Virus record (IMG/VR): IMGVR_UViG_3300025617_000015
Location: 7,197-71,196 of that record
Reading direction: 5' to 3' (one strand)
Source of the DNA: a virus
Length of the DNA: 64,000 bases
Shown here in pieces: positions 45,859 through 55,499 of the stretch. The position numbers and the translations under genes were made by a program. A model generated the notes under the pieces. That model ran no database searches and was not told the origin of the DNA. It was given only the letters and a program-made list of their open reading frames with translations. Each line of letters starts with the position of its first letter. The stretch's first letter is position 1.

Positions 45859-48800
45859 ATGGCATTACAATCACCAGGCGTAGAAGTTACTGTAATTGAT
45901 GAGAGTTTTTACACACCTGCTGAACCAGGGACTACTCCGCTAATTGTCGTAGCATCGGGCCAAGATAAGAGCAACGCGGCAGGCACCGGGATAGCCCAGG
46001 GCACTACAGCGTCAAACGTTGGTACTGTATATAAAGTTACCAGCCAAAAAGAATTAGTAGATTTGTTTGGTGTTCCGTTCTTCGAAAAGACGGCAAGCAA
46101 CACACCAATACACGGATCAGAAAGAAACGAATATGGTTTACTATCTGCTTACAGCTTACTAGGAGTATCCAACGCGGCATTTATTGTACGTGCGGATGTA
46201 GATTTAAACGAACTTGAAGGAACAGCAGATGCTCCGGGAGCGAACCCAGATGACGGGCAGTGGTGGTTAGATACTGCTAACACTAGCTTTGGAATTCAAG
46301 AGTGGAACGGCGCGGCAGTTAGTACAACAGGCGGACAGAAGTTTGCAGTTAAAACACCGATTGTACTAACAGACGCAGACGAAGCCAAAGTTGACAATGG
46401 TGCACCGAAAGCATCAGTAGGAAGCATTGGCGATTATGCCGTTGTAGCACAAACTGTTGACGGAACTGGTACATTTAGTGCTTCTAGAGAAAACATTAAG
46501 ATGTATTATAAGTCTGCAGGAAACACACAAGCAGGCGTTGCCGCAGGACAATGGGTATTAGTAGGAAGTCAAGACTGGACTGCTAGTCATCCAACTATCG
46601 TCGGCGATACAGTTACAGCATCTACACTAACTGCTGGTAACTTTACGATTAACGGTACTACTATTACTGTTAACGTAGACGACACATTAGATGACCTTAT
46701 TGCAACAATTAATGGTGCAAGTATTACTGGTGTAACTGCAAAGAACGTAACTAGTAAAATGTATCTTTACACAAACGGTTACAACGCTGATAGTTGGCAA
46801 GATGATTCTTCTAAAAACAATGCAATCGAAATTGTTGCAGGAACAGCTGACTTTGATGAAATTGGAATCAGCGCAGGAACATTTTACGGTCCTGAATTGC
46901 AACAAACACCACACACAAATGTTCCACAATGGAAAACAGGCGATACAACAACTCGTCCAACAGGAAGTGTATGGGTTAAAACAACCGAGCCAGGTAACGG
47001 CGCACGTTGGAGAGCTAAAAAGTGGAGTTCAGCTTTAGGAAGCTGGCAAAGTGTTGAAGCACCGATTTATGCATCAACTACTGCGGCACTGTACTTCTTA
47101 GATAGAGCAGGCGGTGGTGATAATCTTCCAGCTGATACTGTATTTGTACAGAAAAATGCTAACGAAGATACACTAAATGACGCATCACCTGAAACTGCAC
47201 AGTTTAGAATGTGGTATAGATCATCTACTGGTGATACAACTATTAAATCAGCTGAAATTGATAGCACTTCGTTTACAGCAGGTACTAATGATTTTACTAT
47301 TAGTGAAAGCATTAAGACAAGCGATACTGTATCCGCAGGTGTTCAAATTACATTTACAGCCGCTGGTGCTGCCGCTGATGCTGTGTTACTAGCAGGTGCA
47401 ATTAACGCATCGACTGATTTAACAAACATCGAAGCAAGCGTAACAGATGCTAATGAAGTTGAAATTAAACACTTAACAGGTGGAGATTTCCGCATTACTG
47501 ACGGTACTAATACTCCAATTGCATCAGTGTTTACTCCTTATAGTATTAATACTAACTTAGGAACAGACAACTTTTATACATTACCATCAGGTGCAACAGA
47601 GGATTATGTAGCTTCTAACTTTAAACCTTTATCGTCCTTGGACTTTGAAGCAGATAGAAGTGCTCCTGAAAATGAGCCAAGTGATGGTCAACTATGGTAT
47701 AATTCAGAATTTAGTGATGTTGACATTATGATACATGATGGTACTACATGGGTAGGCTATCATAACTTTAATGTAGCCTACGCTAACTGTTCACCAGCAG
47801 GTCCAATTGTATCAGCAAGTGCTCCTGCAAAAGTAGGCGGACAGTCAGATGGTACTGATATTGTTGACGGTGATCTTTGGATTAGCACAGCAGATTTAGA
47901 AAACTTCCCAACTGTATATCGTTGGAACGGTACATTGCAAGAATGGATCGAACTTGATAAAACAGATCAAGTAAGCGAAGAAGGTATCTTGTTTGCAGAC
48001 GCACGTTATGGTTCAAGTGGTGCAACTGGCGATACAGCGGCATCAATTAAAGACTTGCTAACTAGCGATTATTTAGACCCAGATGCTCCAGATCCAGCAC
48101 TATATCCAAAAGGTATGTTGCTATGGAACTTGCGTAGAAGCGGTGGCAATGTTAAGAAGTATAACAACAATTACATTGATATAAATGCAGACAACGCACG
48201 TTTAAATGATGAGTCAATGGCAGGTTATGCTACAGACAGATGGACTACTGAATCAGGCAACCAAGAAGACGGCAGCGGATCGTTTGGTAGAAAAGCACAG
48301 CGTATGGTTGTTACACAAGCACTTAAGAGTGTAATTGATACAACAGATGCACTTCGTGATACTGAAAGACGTAACTTTAACGTTATTACATGTCCGGGTT
48401 ATACAGAAGCAATGAGCAATCTTGTTAATCTAAACATTGATAGAGGATTAACAGCATTTGTAATTGGTGACACACCATTGAGATTGCCTGCAGATGCTAC
48501 ATCGTTAAACAACTACGGTTCAAATGCTAACTTAGTAGTTGACAACAACGATGACGGCATTGTTACTTACGACGAGTACCTAGCAACTTATTATCCAAAT
48601 GGTTTCACAACTGATTTGGGTGGCGCTAACGCTGTTGTTCCAGCATCGCATATGATGCTTAGAACTATTGCGCTAAGTGATCAAGTTAGCTATCCATGGT
48701 TTGCACCAGCAGGTACAAGACGTGGTGGCATTACTAACGCTACAGCAGTAGGTTACATTGATTCGCTAACAGGCGAGTTCCAAACTATTGCACTAAACGA

Positions 48801-49221
48801 AGGACAGCGCGATACATTGTATAATCTTAAGATTAATCCAATTGCGTTCTTTAATGGTGTTGGTCTTGTTGCAAATGGACAAAAAACACGAGGCAGAAAT
48901 GCTTCGGCATTGGACAGAATCAATGTATCACGTTTAGTGGTATACTTGCGTAGTCAGCTTGATAAACTAGCTCGCCCGTATATCTTTGAACCGAATGACA
49001 AAATTACACGTGACGAAGTGAAGCAAGCGGTTGAAAGTTTACTTTTAGAGCTTGTAGGCTTACGTGCAATATATGACTTTGCTGTTGTTTGTGATGAAAC
49101 TAATAACACCCCGGCAAGAGTTGATCGTAACGAACTATATGTAGACATTGCGATTGAACCGGTCAAGGCTGTTGAATTCATCTACATTCCATTGCGTGTC
49201 AAGAACACAGGAGAAATTTAA
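45859..49221 (+). CDS. gp18: contractile tail sheath protein (gp18-like) with large insertion domains
   Basis: LQSPGVEVTVIDES N-terminus. C-terminal PWFAPAG..RG, LY..KINPI, GQKT..SALDRINV.RL, VVCDETNNT and IEPVKAVEFIYI. Confidence 0.93.
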   Translation: MALQSPGVEVTVIDESFYTPAEPGTTPLIVVASGQDKSNAAGTGIAQGTTASNVGTVYKVTSQKELVDLFGVPFFEKTASNTPIHGSERNEYGLLSAYSLLGVSNAAFIVRADVDLNELEGTADAPGANPDDGQWWLDTANTSFGIQEWNGAAVSTTGGQKFAVKTPIVLTDADEAKVDNGAPKASVGSIGDYAVVAQTVDGTGTFSASRENIKMYYKSAGNTQAGVAAGQWVLVGSQDWTASHPTIVGDTVTASTLTAGNFTINGTTITVNVDDTLDDLIATINGASITGVTAKNVTSKMYLYTNGYNADSWQDDSSKNNAIEIVAGTADFDEIGISAGTFYGPELQQTPHTNVPQWKTGDTTTRPTGSVWVKTTEPGNGARWRAKKWSSALGSWQSVEAPIYASTTAALYFLDRAGGGDNLPADTVFVQKNANEDTLNDASPETAQFRMWYRSSTGDTTIKSAEIDSTSFTAGTNDFTISESIKTSDTVSAGVQITFTAAGAAADAVLLAGAINASTDLTNIEASVTDANEVEIKHLTGGDFRITDGTNTPIASVFTPYSINTNLGTDNFYTLPSGATEDYVASNFKPLSSLDFEADRSAPENEPSDGQLWYNSEFSDVDIMIHDGTTWVGYHNFNVAYANCSPAGPIVSASAPAKVGGQSDGTDIVDGDLWISTADLENFPTVYRWNGTLQEWIELDKTDQVSEEGILFADARYGSSGATGDTAASIKDLLTSDYLDPDAPDPALYPKGMLLWNLRRSGGNVKKYNNNYIDINADNARLNDESMAGYATDRWTTESGNQEDGSGSFGRKAQRMVVTQALKSVIDTTDALRDTERRNFNVITCPGYTEAMSNLVNLNIDRGLTAFVIGDTPLRLPADATSLNNYGSNANLVVDNNDDGIVTYDEYLATYYPNGFTTDLGGANAVVPASHMMLRTIALSDQVSYPWFAPAGTRRGGITNATAVGYIDSLTGEFQTIALNEGQRDTLYNLKINPIAFFNGVGLVANGQKTRGRNASALDRINVSRLVVYLRSQLDKLARPYIFEPNDKITRDEVKQAVESLLLELVGLRAIYDFAVVCDETNNTPARVDRNELYVDIAIEPVKAVEFIYIPLRVKNTGEI

Positions 49222-49223
49222 TT

Positions 49224-49859
49224 ATGCCTATTACATCACTTAACAACATCGGGGTACCAACAGATAGCGGCAACCAAGTTTTGTTGATGCCCAAACTAAA
49301 ATATCGTTTTAGGGTAACACTCTTAGGCTTTGGAGTTTCGGCAGCAACTGAACTAACAAAGCAAGTAGTTGATGTAACCCGTCCAAACGTTGGTTTTGAA
49401 GAAATCGAATTACCGATCTACAACTCTAAAGTATTTGTTGCAGGTAAGTATACACTGGAAACAGTTAGTCTTAACTTGCGTGACGATGCTACTGGACAGG
49501 TGCAAAAGCTAGTTGGTCAACAAATTCAGAAGCAATTCGACTTTGTTGAGCAAAGCTCTGCAAGATCAGGTATTGACTATAAGTTTACTACTAAGATTGA
49601 AATCTTAGATGGTGGTAACGGTGCTAACGAAGTAAACGTACTTGAAACATTTAACTTGTACGGTTGCTTCTTAACTGCCGCAGACTACGGCGATTTGAAC
49701 TATGGTACAAACGAAGCTGTGCAGGTTGCACTAACTATACGCTTTGATAACTTAGAGCAGTATGGTGCAGGCGAAACTGACGTAGGTACAGGTATTGGCG
49801 CATCAGTAGTTAGATCACTTGGTGAGGCAACAACTGGCGCAAGTGCCGCTCAGGGTTAA
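49224..49859 (+). CDS. gp19: tail tube protein (gp19-like)
   Basis: Follows the sheath gene. PKLKYRFRV..RP..AGK..LRDD..LYGCF...YGDLNY..LTIRFD. Confidence 0.85.
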   Translation: MPITSLNNIGVPTDSGNQVLLMPKLKYRFRVTLLGFGVSAATELTKQVVDVTRPNVGFEEIELPIYNSKVFVAGKYTLETVSLNLRDDATGQVQKLVGQQIQKQFDFVEQSSARSGIDYKFTTKIEILDGGNGANEVNVLETFNLYGCFLTAADYGDLNYGTNEAVQVALTIRFDNLEQYGAGETDVGTGIGASVVRSLGEATTGASAAQG

Positions 49860-49878
49860 TACCTTTAACACAAAAAAT

Positions 49879-49908
49879 AAAAAGCTCGGATTTATCCGGG
49901 CTTTTTTT
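49879..49908 (+). terminator. rho-independent terminator after the tail tube gene
   Basis: aaagctcgga-ttta-tccgggcttttttt. Confidence 0.85.
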
Positions 49909-49925
49909 ATGACATAAATAGTAGT

Positions 49926-51017
49926 ATGGCAAATAAATTTACAAGATTCTTATCAGATGTCGGACGTGGGATTTTAAGTCCTAGAGGAATAATGGGTAAC
50001 CAGCAACACGCTACTCGTTTATTCATCGATGACAGTTTACGTCTAGCACCAAAAACAAAATTTAACTATTATGTTAGATTCGATATTAATAAAGCGGCAT
50101 TAAAAGCGCCGAGTTTTTCACAACGACACATTGAAGAAGTCGGATTGCTATGTAAGAATTTAGATTTACCTAAATTTAAATTTGATACCGAAACACTAAA
50201 TCAGTACAACAGAAAAAAACTAATCTATAAAATGATTAATTATGATGCAGTTAGCTTAACATTCCATGATGATAATCAAGGAGTTATTAACGCACTATGG
50301 GCTTTATATTACGGATACTATATTGCAGACAGACAAAATCCATCGGCAGCATATTCTAATACTGCATATATCGGTACCGCCGATCCTAGAAATAAATTTA
50401 GATACGGCTTAGATAATAATAAATCTCCTGGCCAGGACATGATTAAATCAATTAGTATATACACTATGGGCAGAAAGAGATTCGTTGGATATACACTAGT
50501 AAATCCTAGGATCACATCATGGCAACACGGAACTATGGACTACGCCGAAGGATCAACTCCAGCAGAAAGTTCAATGTCAATTGAATATGAAGCAGTACAA
50601 TACAGTTCAGGAATTGTAAGCCAAGGAAATCCAAAAGGATTTGCAACATTGCACTATGACAATGTTCCGAGCCCTTTAAGTGTTCAAGGTGGCGGCGTAA
50701 GTAATCTTTTTGGAACTGGTGGGATATTAGATGGATTAGAATCAGTATTCGGAGCAATCGGCGACGGTACTGCGTTTAGTTCGGGACAAAACTTTTTGTC
50801 AACTGCTATTGGTGCGTTTAACACATATAATAATATTAAAAATTATGATAAATCACAATTTAAAAGCGAGGCAGTTAATATCTTAACTAATCCAAATGTT
50901 ATTGCAAATGCAACAAACACTGTGTCGGGACTAGTAGGTAGTTTCTTTCCAAAAAATAATTCAACAGCAACAACTACTGCTACGCAAAGACGAGTAGCAC
51001 CACCAGGGATACAATAA
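49926..51017 (+). CDS. tube-fold baseplate/tail initiator protein (gp48/gp54-like)
   Basis: LDLPKF..ETLNQYNRK..YDAVSLTFHDD..LVNP.I.SW..MDY..MSIEYE tube-like domain, next to the tube gene. Confidence 0.65.
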   Translation: MANKFTRFLSDVGRGILSPRGIMGNQQHATRLFIDDSLRLAPKTKFNYYVRFDINKAALKAPSFSQRHIEEVGLLCKNLDLPKFKFDTETLNQYNRKKLIYKMINYDAVSLTFHDDNQGVINALWALYYGYYIADRQNPSAAYSNTAYIGTADPRNKFRYGLDNNKSPGQDMIKSISIYTMGRKRFVGYTLVNPRITSWQHGTMDYAEGSTPAESSMSIEYEAVQYSSGIVSQGNPKGFATLHYDNVPSPLSVQGGGVSNLFGTGGILDGLESVFGAIGDGTAFSSGQNFLSTAIGAFNTYNNIKNYDKSQFKSEAVNILTNPNVIANATNTVSGLVGSFFPKNNSTATTTATQRRVAPPGIQ

Positions 51018-51386
51018 ATGGCTTCGAGTAATTTACCACCAAAAATTCTAGATGATAGTGCCGCTGGTACTAGACTCTTTTTTGACCAATACGGAACTGA
51101 ACCTCTACAATTTACCGCTACTGATGTTGATGCGGCACAATCATTCTTTGTACGCAGAGGATATGATGACGATGCATCAGTACTATTAAGCACTATTGTG
51201 TTGAAACAAGCAAAACTTGAAAATGTTCCAATTATGCAAATATTACAAACTCTTGAAAGTTTAGATTCGCAACAAGCAAACAATATAATCATTGAAATCT
51301 TAAATAACAATAGAACTCCGATTAGCACATTAGGTTTTAAACAACGACTAGACTCCGATAATAAAAAACGAGGTGTACGTGCCTAA
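51018..51386 (+). CDS. hypothetical protein
   Basis: 122 aa, directly abuts the upstream gene. Confidence 0.6.
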   Translation: MASSNLPPKILDDSAAGTRLFFDQYGTEPLQFTATDVDAAQSFFVRRGYDDDASVLLSTIVLKQAKLENVPIMQILQTLESLDSQQANNIIIEILNNNRTPISTLGFKQRLDSDNKKRGVRA

Positions 51387-51819
51387 GTTTGCACAAGGCA
51401 GATTTGAAATGAAAAATCCCGGTAAGTACGTCGGGATTAAAACGCCTATGGCACGAAGTAGTTGGGAGTTTGTTTTTATGAGAATGCTAGACGAGCATCC
51501 GGGTGTTGAAAATTGGGCAAGTGAAAGTGTTCAAATTCCTTATAGAGATCCGCTCACAGGAAAACCAACAATATATGTTCCTGACTTCTTTATTCAATAT
51601 TCTGATAAAAGAGGTAAGAAGCATGCAGAGCTAATCGAAGTTAAACCAAAAAATCAAACCATGCGTGAAAATGTTGGTAAAAGTCGATTCAATCAAGAAC
51701 AGTATGTTAAAAATTTAGCAAAATGGGAAGCCGCAACTGCATGGTGCAAACAGAAAAAAATTAAATTTCGAGTAGTAACAGAAGATGATATCTTTCATCA
51801 AGGAAAAGCAAGAAAATAA
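51379..51819 (+). CDS. head completion nuclease (T4 gp4-like, TnsA-type)
   Basis: GRF..KNP.KY.G..RSSWE..FM..D..WASE..IPY..YVPDF..IEVKP..KWEAA..F.V.TE. Confidence 0.88.
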   Translation: MPKFAQGRFEMKNPGKYVGIKTPMARSSWEFVFMRMLDEHPGVENWASESVQIPYRDPLTGKPTIYVPDFFIQYSDKRGKKHAELIEVKPKNQTMRENVGKSRFNQEQYVKNLAKWEAATAWCKQKKIKFRVVTEDDIFHQGKARK

Positions 51820-52424
51820 TGGCAACTATAATACGAGATCCTTATCATTGTACATTTATCCATATACCTAAAACGGGCGGCAACACTATTACTAATTGGA
51901 TGCGTGATAATTTTGAGATTGAAGTTTCAAAAAGAAAGCAACACGCCGATGTTGAACAAGCACAAAATAGATTTGGAAATTTAGGATGGACATTTTGTGT
52001 TGTTCGCAATCCTTGGGATTATATGGTAAGTTGGTACACATTTAAAATATATTTGTGTAATGCATATATAAAAAATATAACTGAAACTCCAGAAAAAATT
52101 GTTCCAGAAAAAGAAAAATGGAATCTAGAATTACAGCAATCTAAATTAAAAAAACTAGAACAAGGATTTGATTCTTGGCTCGAGCAAACTAGACTTCCAG
52201 AGCAATACAGGTGGGCTACTAACTGTAACTATGTAATGAAACTTGAAAATTTAAATGAAGACTTTAAAGAAGTTCAAGAACGATTAGATTGTTTTGCTCC
52301 TTTGGGCTATGCAAATAAAACTCCGGATAGAACAAAATATCAAGATTACTATAACGATAAAACAAAAGATTTAGTTTATAAAAAATATAAAAACGATATT
52401 GAAGCATACCAGTACGAGTTTTAA
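51819..52424 (+). CDS. sulfotransferase family protein (Sulfotransfer_2-like)
   Basis: 5'-PSB motif FIHIPKTGGNTI, 3'-PB motif VVRNPWDYMVSWY, and C-terminal Y..DI..Y.Y. Confidence 0.85.
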   Translation: MATIIRDPYHCTFIHIPKTGGNTITNWMRDNFEIEVSKRKQHADVEQAQNRFGNLGWTFCVVRNPWDYMVSWYTFKIYLCNAYIKNITETPEKIVPEKEKWNLELQQSKLKKLEQGFDSWLEQTRLPEQYRWATNCNYVMKLENLNEDFKEVQERLDCFAPLGYANKTPDRTKYQDYYNDKTKDLVYKKYKNDIEAYQYEF

Positions 52425-52426
52425 TA

Positions 52427-53026
52427 ATGAAGCTACTGTTTGTGCATATCCCAAAAGCCGCAGGCACAAGTTTTGTATCTTGGATTGAACAACAGCAATC
52501 TAAACTAGGATTTGATTTCGAAAATATCGGGCATCAAACAATTCAAGAAGCTCATATATCTAGAAACATTGTATCTTACGACTATGCAATGTGTATTACA
52601 AGAAACACATATGCTCGCATGTCAAGTTTGTATCATTGGGCACCAAAGAAAATACACAAAAGTTTAAAACGTGTTAGTAGAGATGACAATTATAATATGG
52701 CCGCTCGATGGCAACTTAATCAAGACAAAAGTGCATGGAACAAAGGTATTGCATATTTTATAGATTATCTAAGAGATCGAAATGATTCCGCTACAAAATC
52801 ACAACTTGAGTACATAAAAGAATGTAATTTAGTAGCAAGACAAGAAAATTTAGCAGAAGATCTAATACCCTTGCATAAAATGTTTGATACTAGAGGCGCC
52901 CCTGGTTTTACAAAGCATGTTATAAACAAACCTGTATCAGATGTTTGGAGCAAAGAATTTAAACGTGTAATCAAATATCATTTTGCAGACGAGTTGGATC
53001 ATTTTAAATACTTGCCGCCCTTGTAA
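52427..53026 (+). CDS. sulfotransferase family protein, second copy
   Basis: FVHIPKAAGTSF, ITRNTYARMSSLY, and F..EL..F.Y C-terminus. Confidence 0.8.
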   Translation: MKLLFVHIPKAAGTSFVSWIEQQQSKLGFDFENIGHQTIQEAHISRNIVSYDYAMCITRNTYARMSSLYHWAPKKIHKSLKRVSRDDNYNMAARWQLNQDKSAWNKGIAYFIDYLRDRNDSATKSQLEYIKECNLVARQENLAEDLIPLHKMFDTRGAPGFTKHVINKPVSDVWSKEFKRVIKYHFADELDHFKYLPPL

Positions 53027-53063
53027 TAAACGATAAATAATACTATATATTTGGTGCATTAGA

Positions 53064-53558
53064 ATGACTAAGAAATTAGAAGAATTATTTGACTTAGAAG
53101 AACAAGAAAAGCAATCTGCTGAAAATGTTGAAGTAGAAGAGGTTGTAGAGCTAGCTCCACATCAACAGATCAAAAGTGTTGACGATTCTTATCAAGCAAT
53201 AAATCAAATCGCTGGCGATTTACCTCAAATTAATGAGTTGGATAATTTAGAAGATAGAGACTTAGACAAGCTAGCATCTAAAGCTGAACAAGCATATGAT
53301 GATTTAATGGATCTAGGTATGAATGTAGAAGTACGTTACAGTGGTAGAATTTTTGAAGTTGCCGGTAGTATGCTTAAAAATGCTATAGATGCTAAAACTG
53401 CAAAAGTTGATAAAAAACTTAAAGCAGTCGATTTGCAATTGAAAAAATTAAAAATAGACAGAGATGCAAATGTTGATCCAAACGAATTAATCGACGGAAC
53501 AGGGTATGTAACGCTTGATCGTAACGAACTAATGAAGAAATTAGGCGCAAAGGAATAA
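53064..53558 (+). CDS. putative terminase small subunit (gp16-like)
   Basis: Helical, with DLMDLG..E.R...RIFEVA..MLKNAIDA..K and RNELMK.L at the C-terminus. Lies upstream of the large terminase. Confidence 0.6.
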   Translation: MTKKLEELFDLEEQEKQSAENVEVEEVVELAPHQQIKSVDDSYQAINQIAGDLPQINELDNLEDRDLDKLASKAEQAYDDLMDLGMNVEVRYSGRIFEVAGSMLKNAIDAKTAKVDKKLKAVDLQLKKLKIDRDANVDPNELIDGTGYVTLDRNELMKKLGAKE

Positions 53559-53566
53559 ATATACAT

Positions 53567-54139
53567 ATGAAGAGTTTAAAAGAATACCTCGCTGAGAGTA
53601 AAAAAGTTTATAGCTTTAAGGTAAAAATTGCCGGCGACTGCCCGGAAAACTTTGCCAACGACTTAAAGTCTCGACTACAGGACAAGGAAGTTGTTACATT
53701 TGAAAGTATGCAAAAAGTTCCTGTTCGTAAAGTTCCAATGGATTTTCCACAACTAGCTGATATGGATGTACATGTGTTCGACGTAGTTACAGAGTATCCA
53801 GTAACACCTGAGGAAATTAAAACGCAGATTGACCAAATGGCATGTTGTGAACATTTTGTTGTAAAATACAGCTCGGACCCAAGCGAAGAAGACCAAATTA
53901 ATATGTTTTCAGATAATAAACAAGGTTCGAGATTAGAGGATGTAAACTACAGCGACTCTGCTAAAATTAAACATAAAGATTATTTCGGTGACGATTTTAA
54001 TGCAGGATTTTTAAAAGACTTACAGAAAGCCGCCAAAGAACATGCTAAGGATCAATCCAAAAGAGACAAAGCGTTTGAAAAGGTAGGTCAAGCAAAAACA
54101 GATAAAGCAGGCGTAGCTAGTCCTGTAGGGAGTAAATAA
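53567..54139 (+). CDS. hypothetical protein with a T4-like capsid targeting sequence
   Basis: N-terminus MKSLKEYLAE resembles the T4 internal-protein signal MKTYQEFIAE. TAAATA lies 5 nt upstream. Confidence 0.6.
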   Translation: MKSLKEYLAESKKVYSFKVKIAGDCPENFANDLKSRLQDKEVVTFESMQKVPVRKVPMDFPQLADMDVHVFDVVTEYPVTPEEIKTQIDQMACCEHFVVKYSSDPSEEDQINMFSDNKQGSRLEDVNYSDSAKIKHKDYFGDDFNAGFLKDLQKAAKEHAKDQSKRDKAFEKVGQAKTDKAGVASPVGSK

Positions 54140-54975
54140 TGGATTTTAACCAGTTACTATCTAAAATGCAGGAACTTGATACTCCTGCTACTGAATCAGT
54201 TACAGACGAGTGCGGCATGGCAGAAATGCCTAGCATGGCACCACCGCCTGCACCGATGCCAGAAAAAGATAAAGCAAGAATGAATATCAATATTAGTGCA
54301 GAAGGCGATGCAATCGATGATGTACTAAAACTAATGACAAAAGTTAATCCAGATATGATTAACCAAAAAGATACACCGTTAACACCACCATCTAGTCCAG
54401 CTGATGTAATCGGTATGGATGATCCAATGGGTATTATGGCTCCGGGTATGGCCGGGCCGATGGACGGACCAGATGAACTTCCGATGCCTAAGCCTATTAA
54501 TAAAATTTTACCAGATTTTGACGCAGACAATGACGATATGCCAGGTGGCGAAAAAGACATGGATATCATGAAAATGTTGGGCGACAAAGATGACGACAAA
54601 GGCGATGATAATGATTATGATGATGACGGTAAATTAGACCGCCATGAAAAAGATCATGATGATGAAGAAAAATTACATAAGACTGTTGACAGAGATAATG
54701 ATGGCGATCACGATATGGATGATCACGATGCTGAGAAAAAAGAAGCGTATGCTAACGAACCAGATGAAGATTACGACGATATTGAATATCTAGTTAATAA
54801 ATTATCCGGCGGCATGAACCGTCAAAAAAGAACACATCCTAAAGTGTCGGACGGTGACAATCCAATGCAAGCAACAGAGTCTGTAGTCGACGAGCCTAGC
54901 ACTGAGTCAACTTTAAGAGATCAAATTCGTACAGAGCTATTAGCTAGATTAGCAGAAGCTAAAGGAGAAAAATAA
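54139..54975 (+). CDS. highly acidic Asp/Met/Pro-rich protein, candidate prohead core/internal protein
   Basis: Low-complexity acidic sequence with DxDxDG-like motifs and EAYANEP. Confidence 0.6.
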   Translation: MDFNQLLSKMQELDTPATESVTDECGMAEMPSMAPPPAPMPEKDKARMNINISAEGDAIDDVLKLMTKVNPDMINQKDTPLTPPSSPADVIGMDDPMGIMAPGMAGPMDGPDELPMPKPINKILPDFDADNDDMPGGEKDMDIMKMLGDKDDDKGDDNDYDDDGKLDRHEKDHDDEEKLHKTVDRDNDGDHDMDDHDAEKKEAYANEPDEDYDDIEYLVNKLSGGMNRQKRTHPKVSDGDNPMQATESVVDEPSTESTLRDQIRTELLARLAEAKGEK

Positions 54976-55433
54976 TGGCAGATTTAACCACAGCAACTAT
55001 CGGTGGCGGCAGTTCAGAACTTATTAAAAGAAACCCACAATATCATGTAAGTGGTACTGGACCTGCATCATTAGATTTGTCAATTCCGTTATACAATGGT
55101 AATAAACCTTTAACATTTTTTGAATTGGATTTTGGAACAGCAGTAAACACGCAGTTAGATCCAGAAGAAGCAATTAATGTTTGTATTGAAATTGTGCAAA
55201 AATATGCAACAATTGTAATCCGAGGTGACTTACATAGTACAAATCAAGTTATGACATTTGCTGTAGAAGCACCAAATGATTCGTTAGATTATGACGGAAA
55301 CGGTGCAGAAACACTAGTTGAACAAATTGAAGATGAAATTATTGCATTAGGTGATTTATCTGCAGGAACGCCGAATCAAATTGATTATGCAGATGTAACT
55401 TGCACTGTTAAAACATCACTAAATCTTGCTTAA
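54975..55433 (+). CDS. hypothetical virion protein
   Basis: 152 aa, AAGGAG RBS, followed by a UUCG terminator like the one after the capsid gene. Confidence 0.6.
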   Translation: MADLTTATIGGGSSELIKRNPQYHVSGTGPASLDLSIPLYNGNKPLTFFELDFGTAVNTQLDPEEAINVCIEIVQKYATIVIRGDLHSTNQVMTFAVEAPNDSLDYDGNGAETLVEQIEDEIIALGDLSAGTPNQIDYADVTCTVKTSLNLA

Positions 55434-55459
55434 TAATAAGAGCATAGTACGTTAAACTC

Positions 55460-55486
55460 AATAGGACCTTCGGGTCCTATTTTTTT
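55460..55486 (+). terminator. rho-independent terminator with C(UUCG)G tetraloop
   Basis: aataggac-cttcgg-gtcctattttttt. The core aggaccttcgggtcct is identical to the capsid terminator. Confidence 0.92.
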
Positions 55487-55499
55487 GGTAAATATTTAC

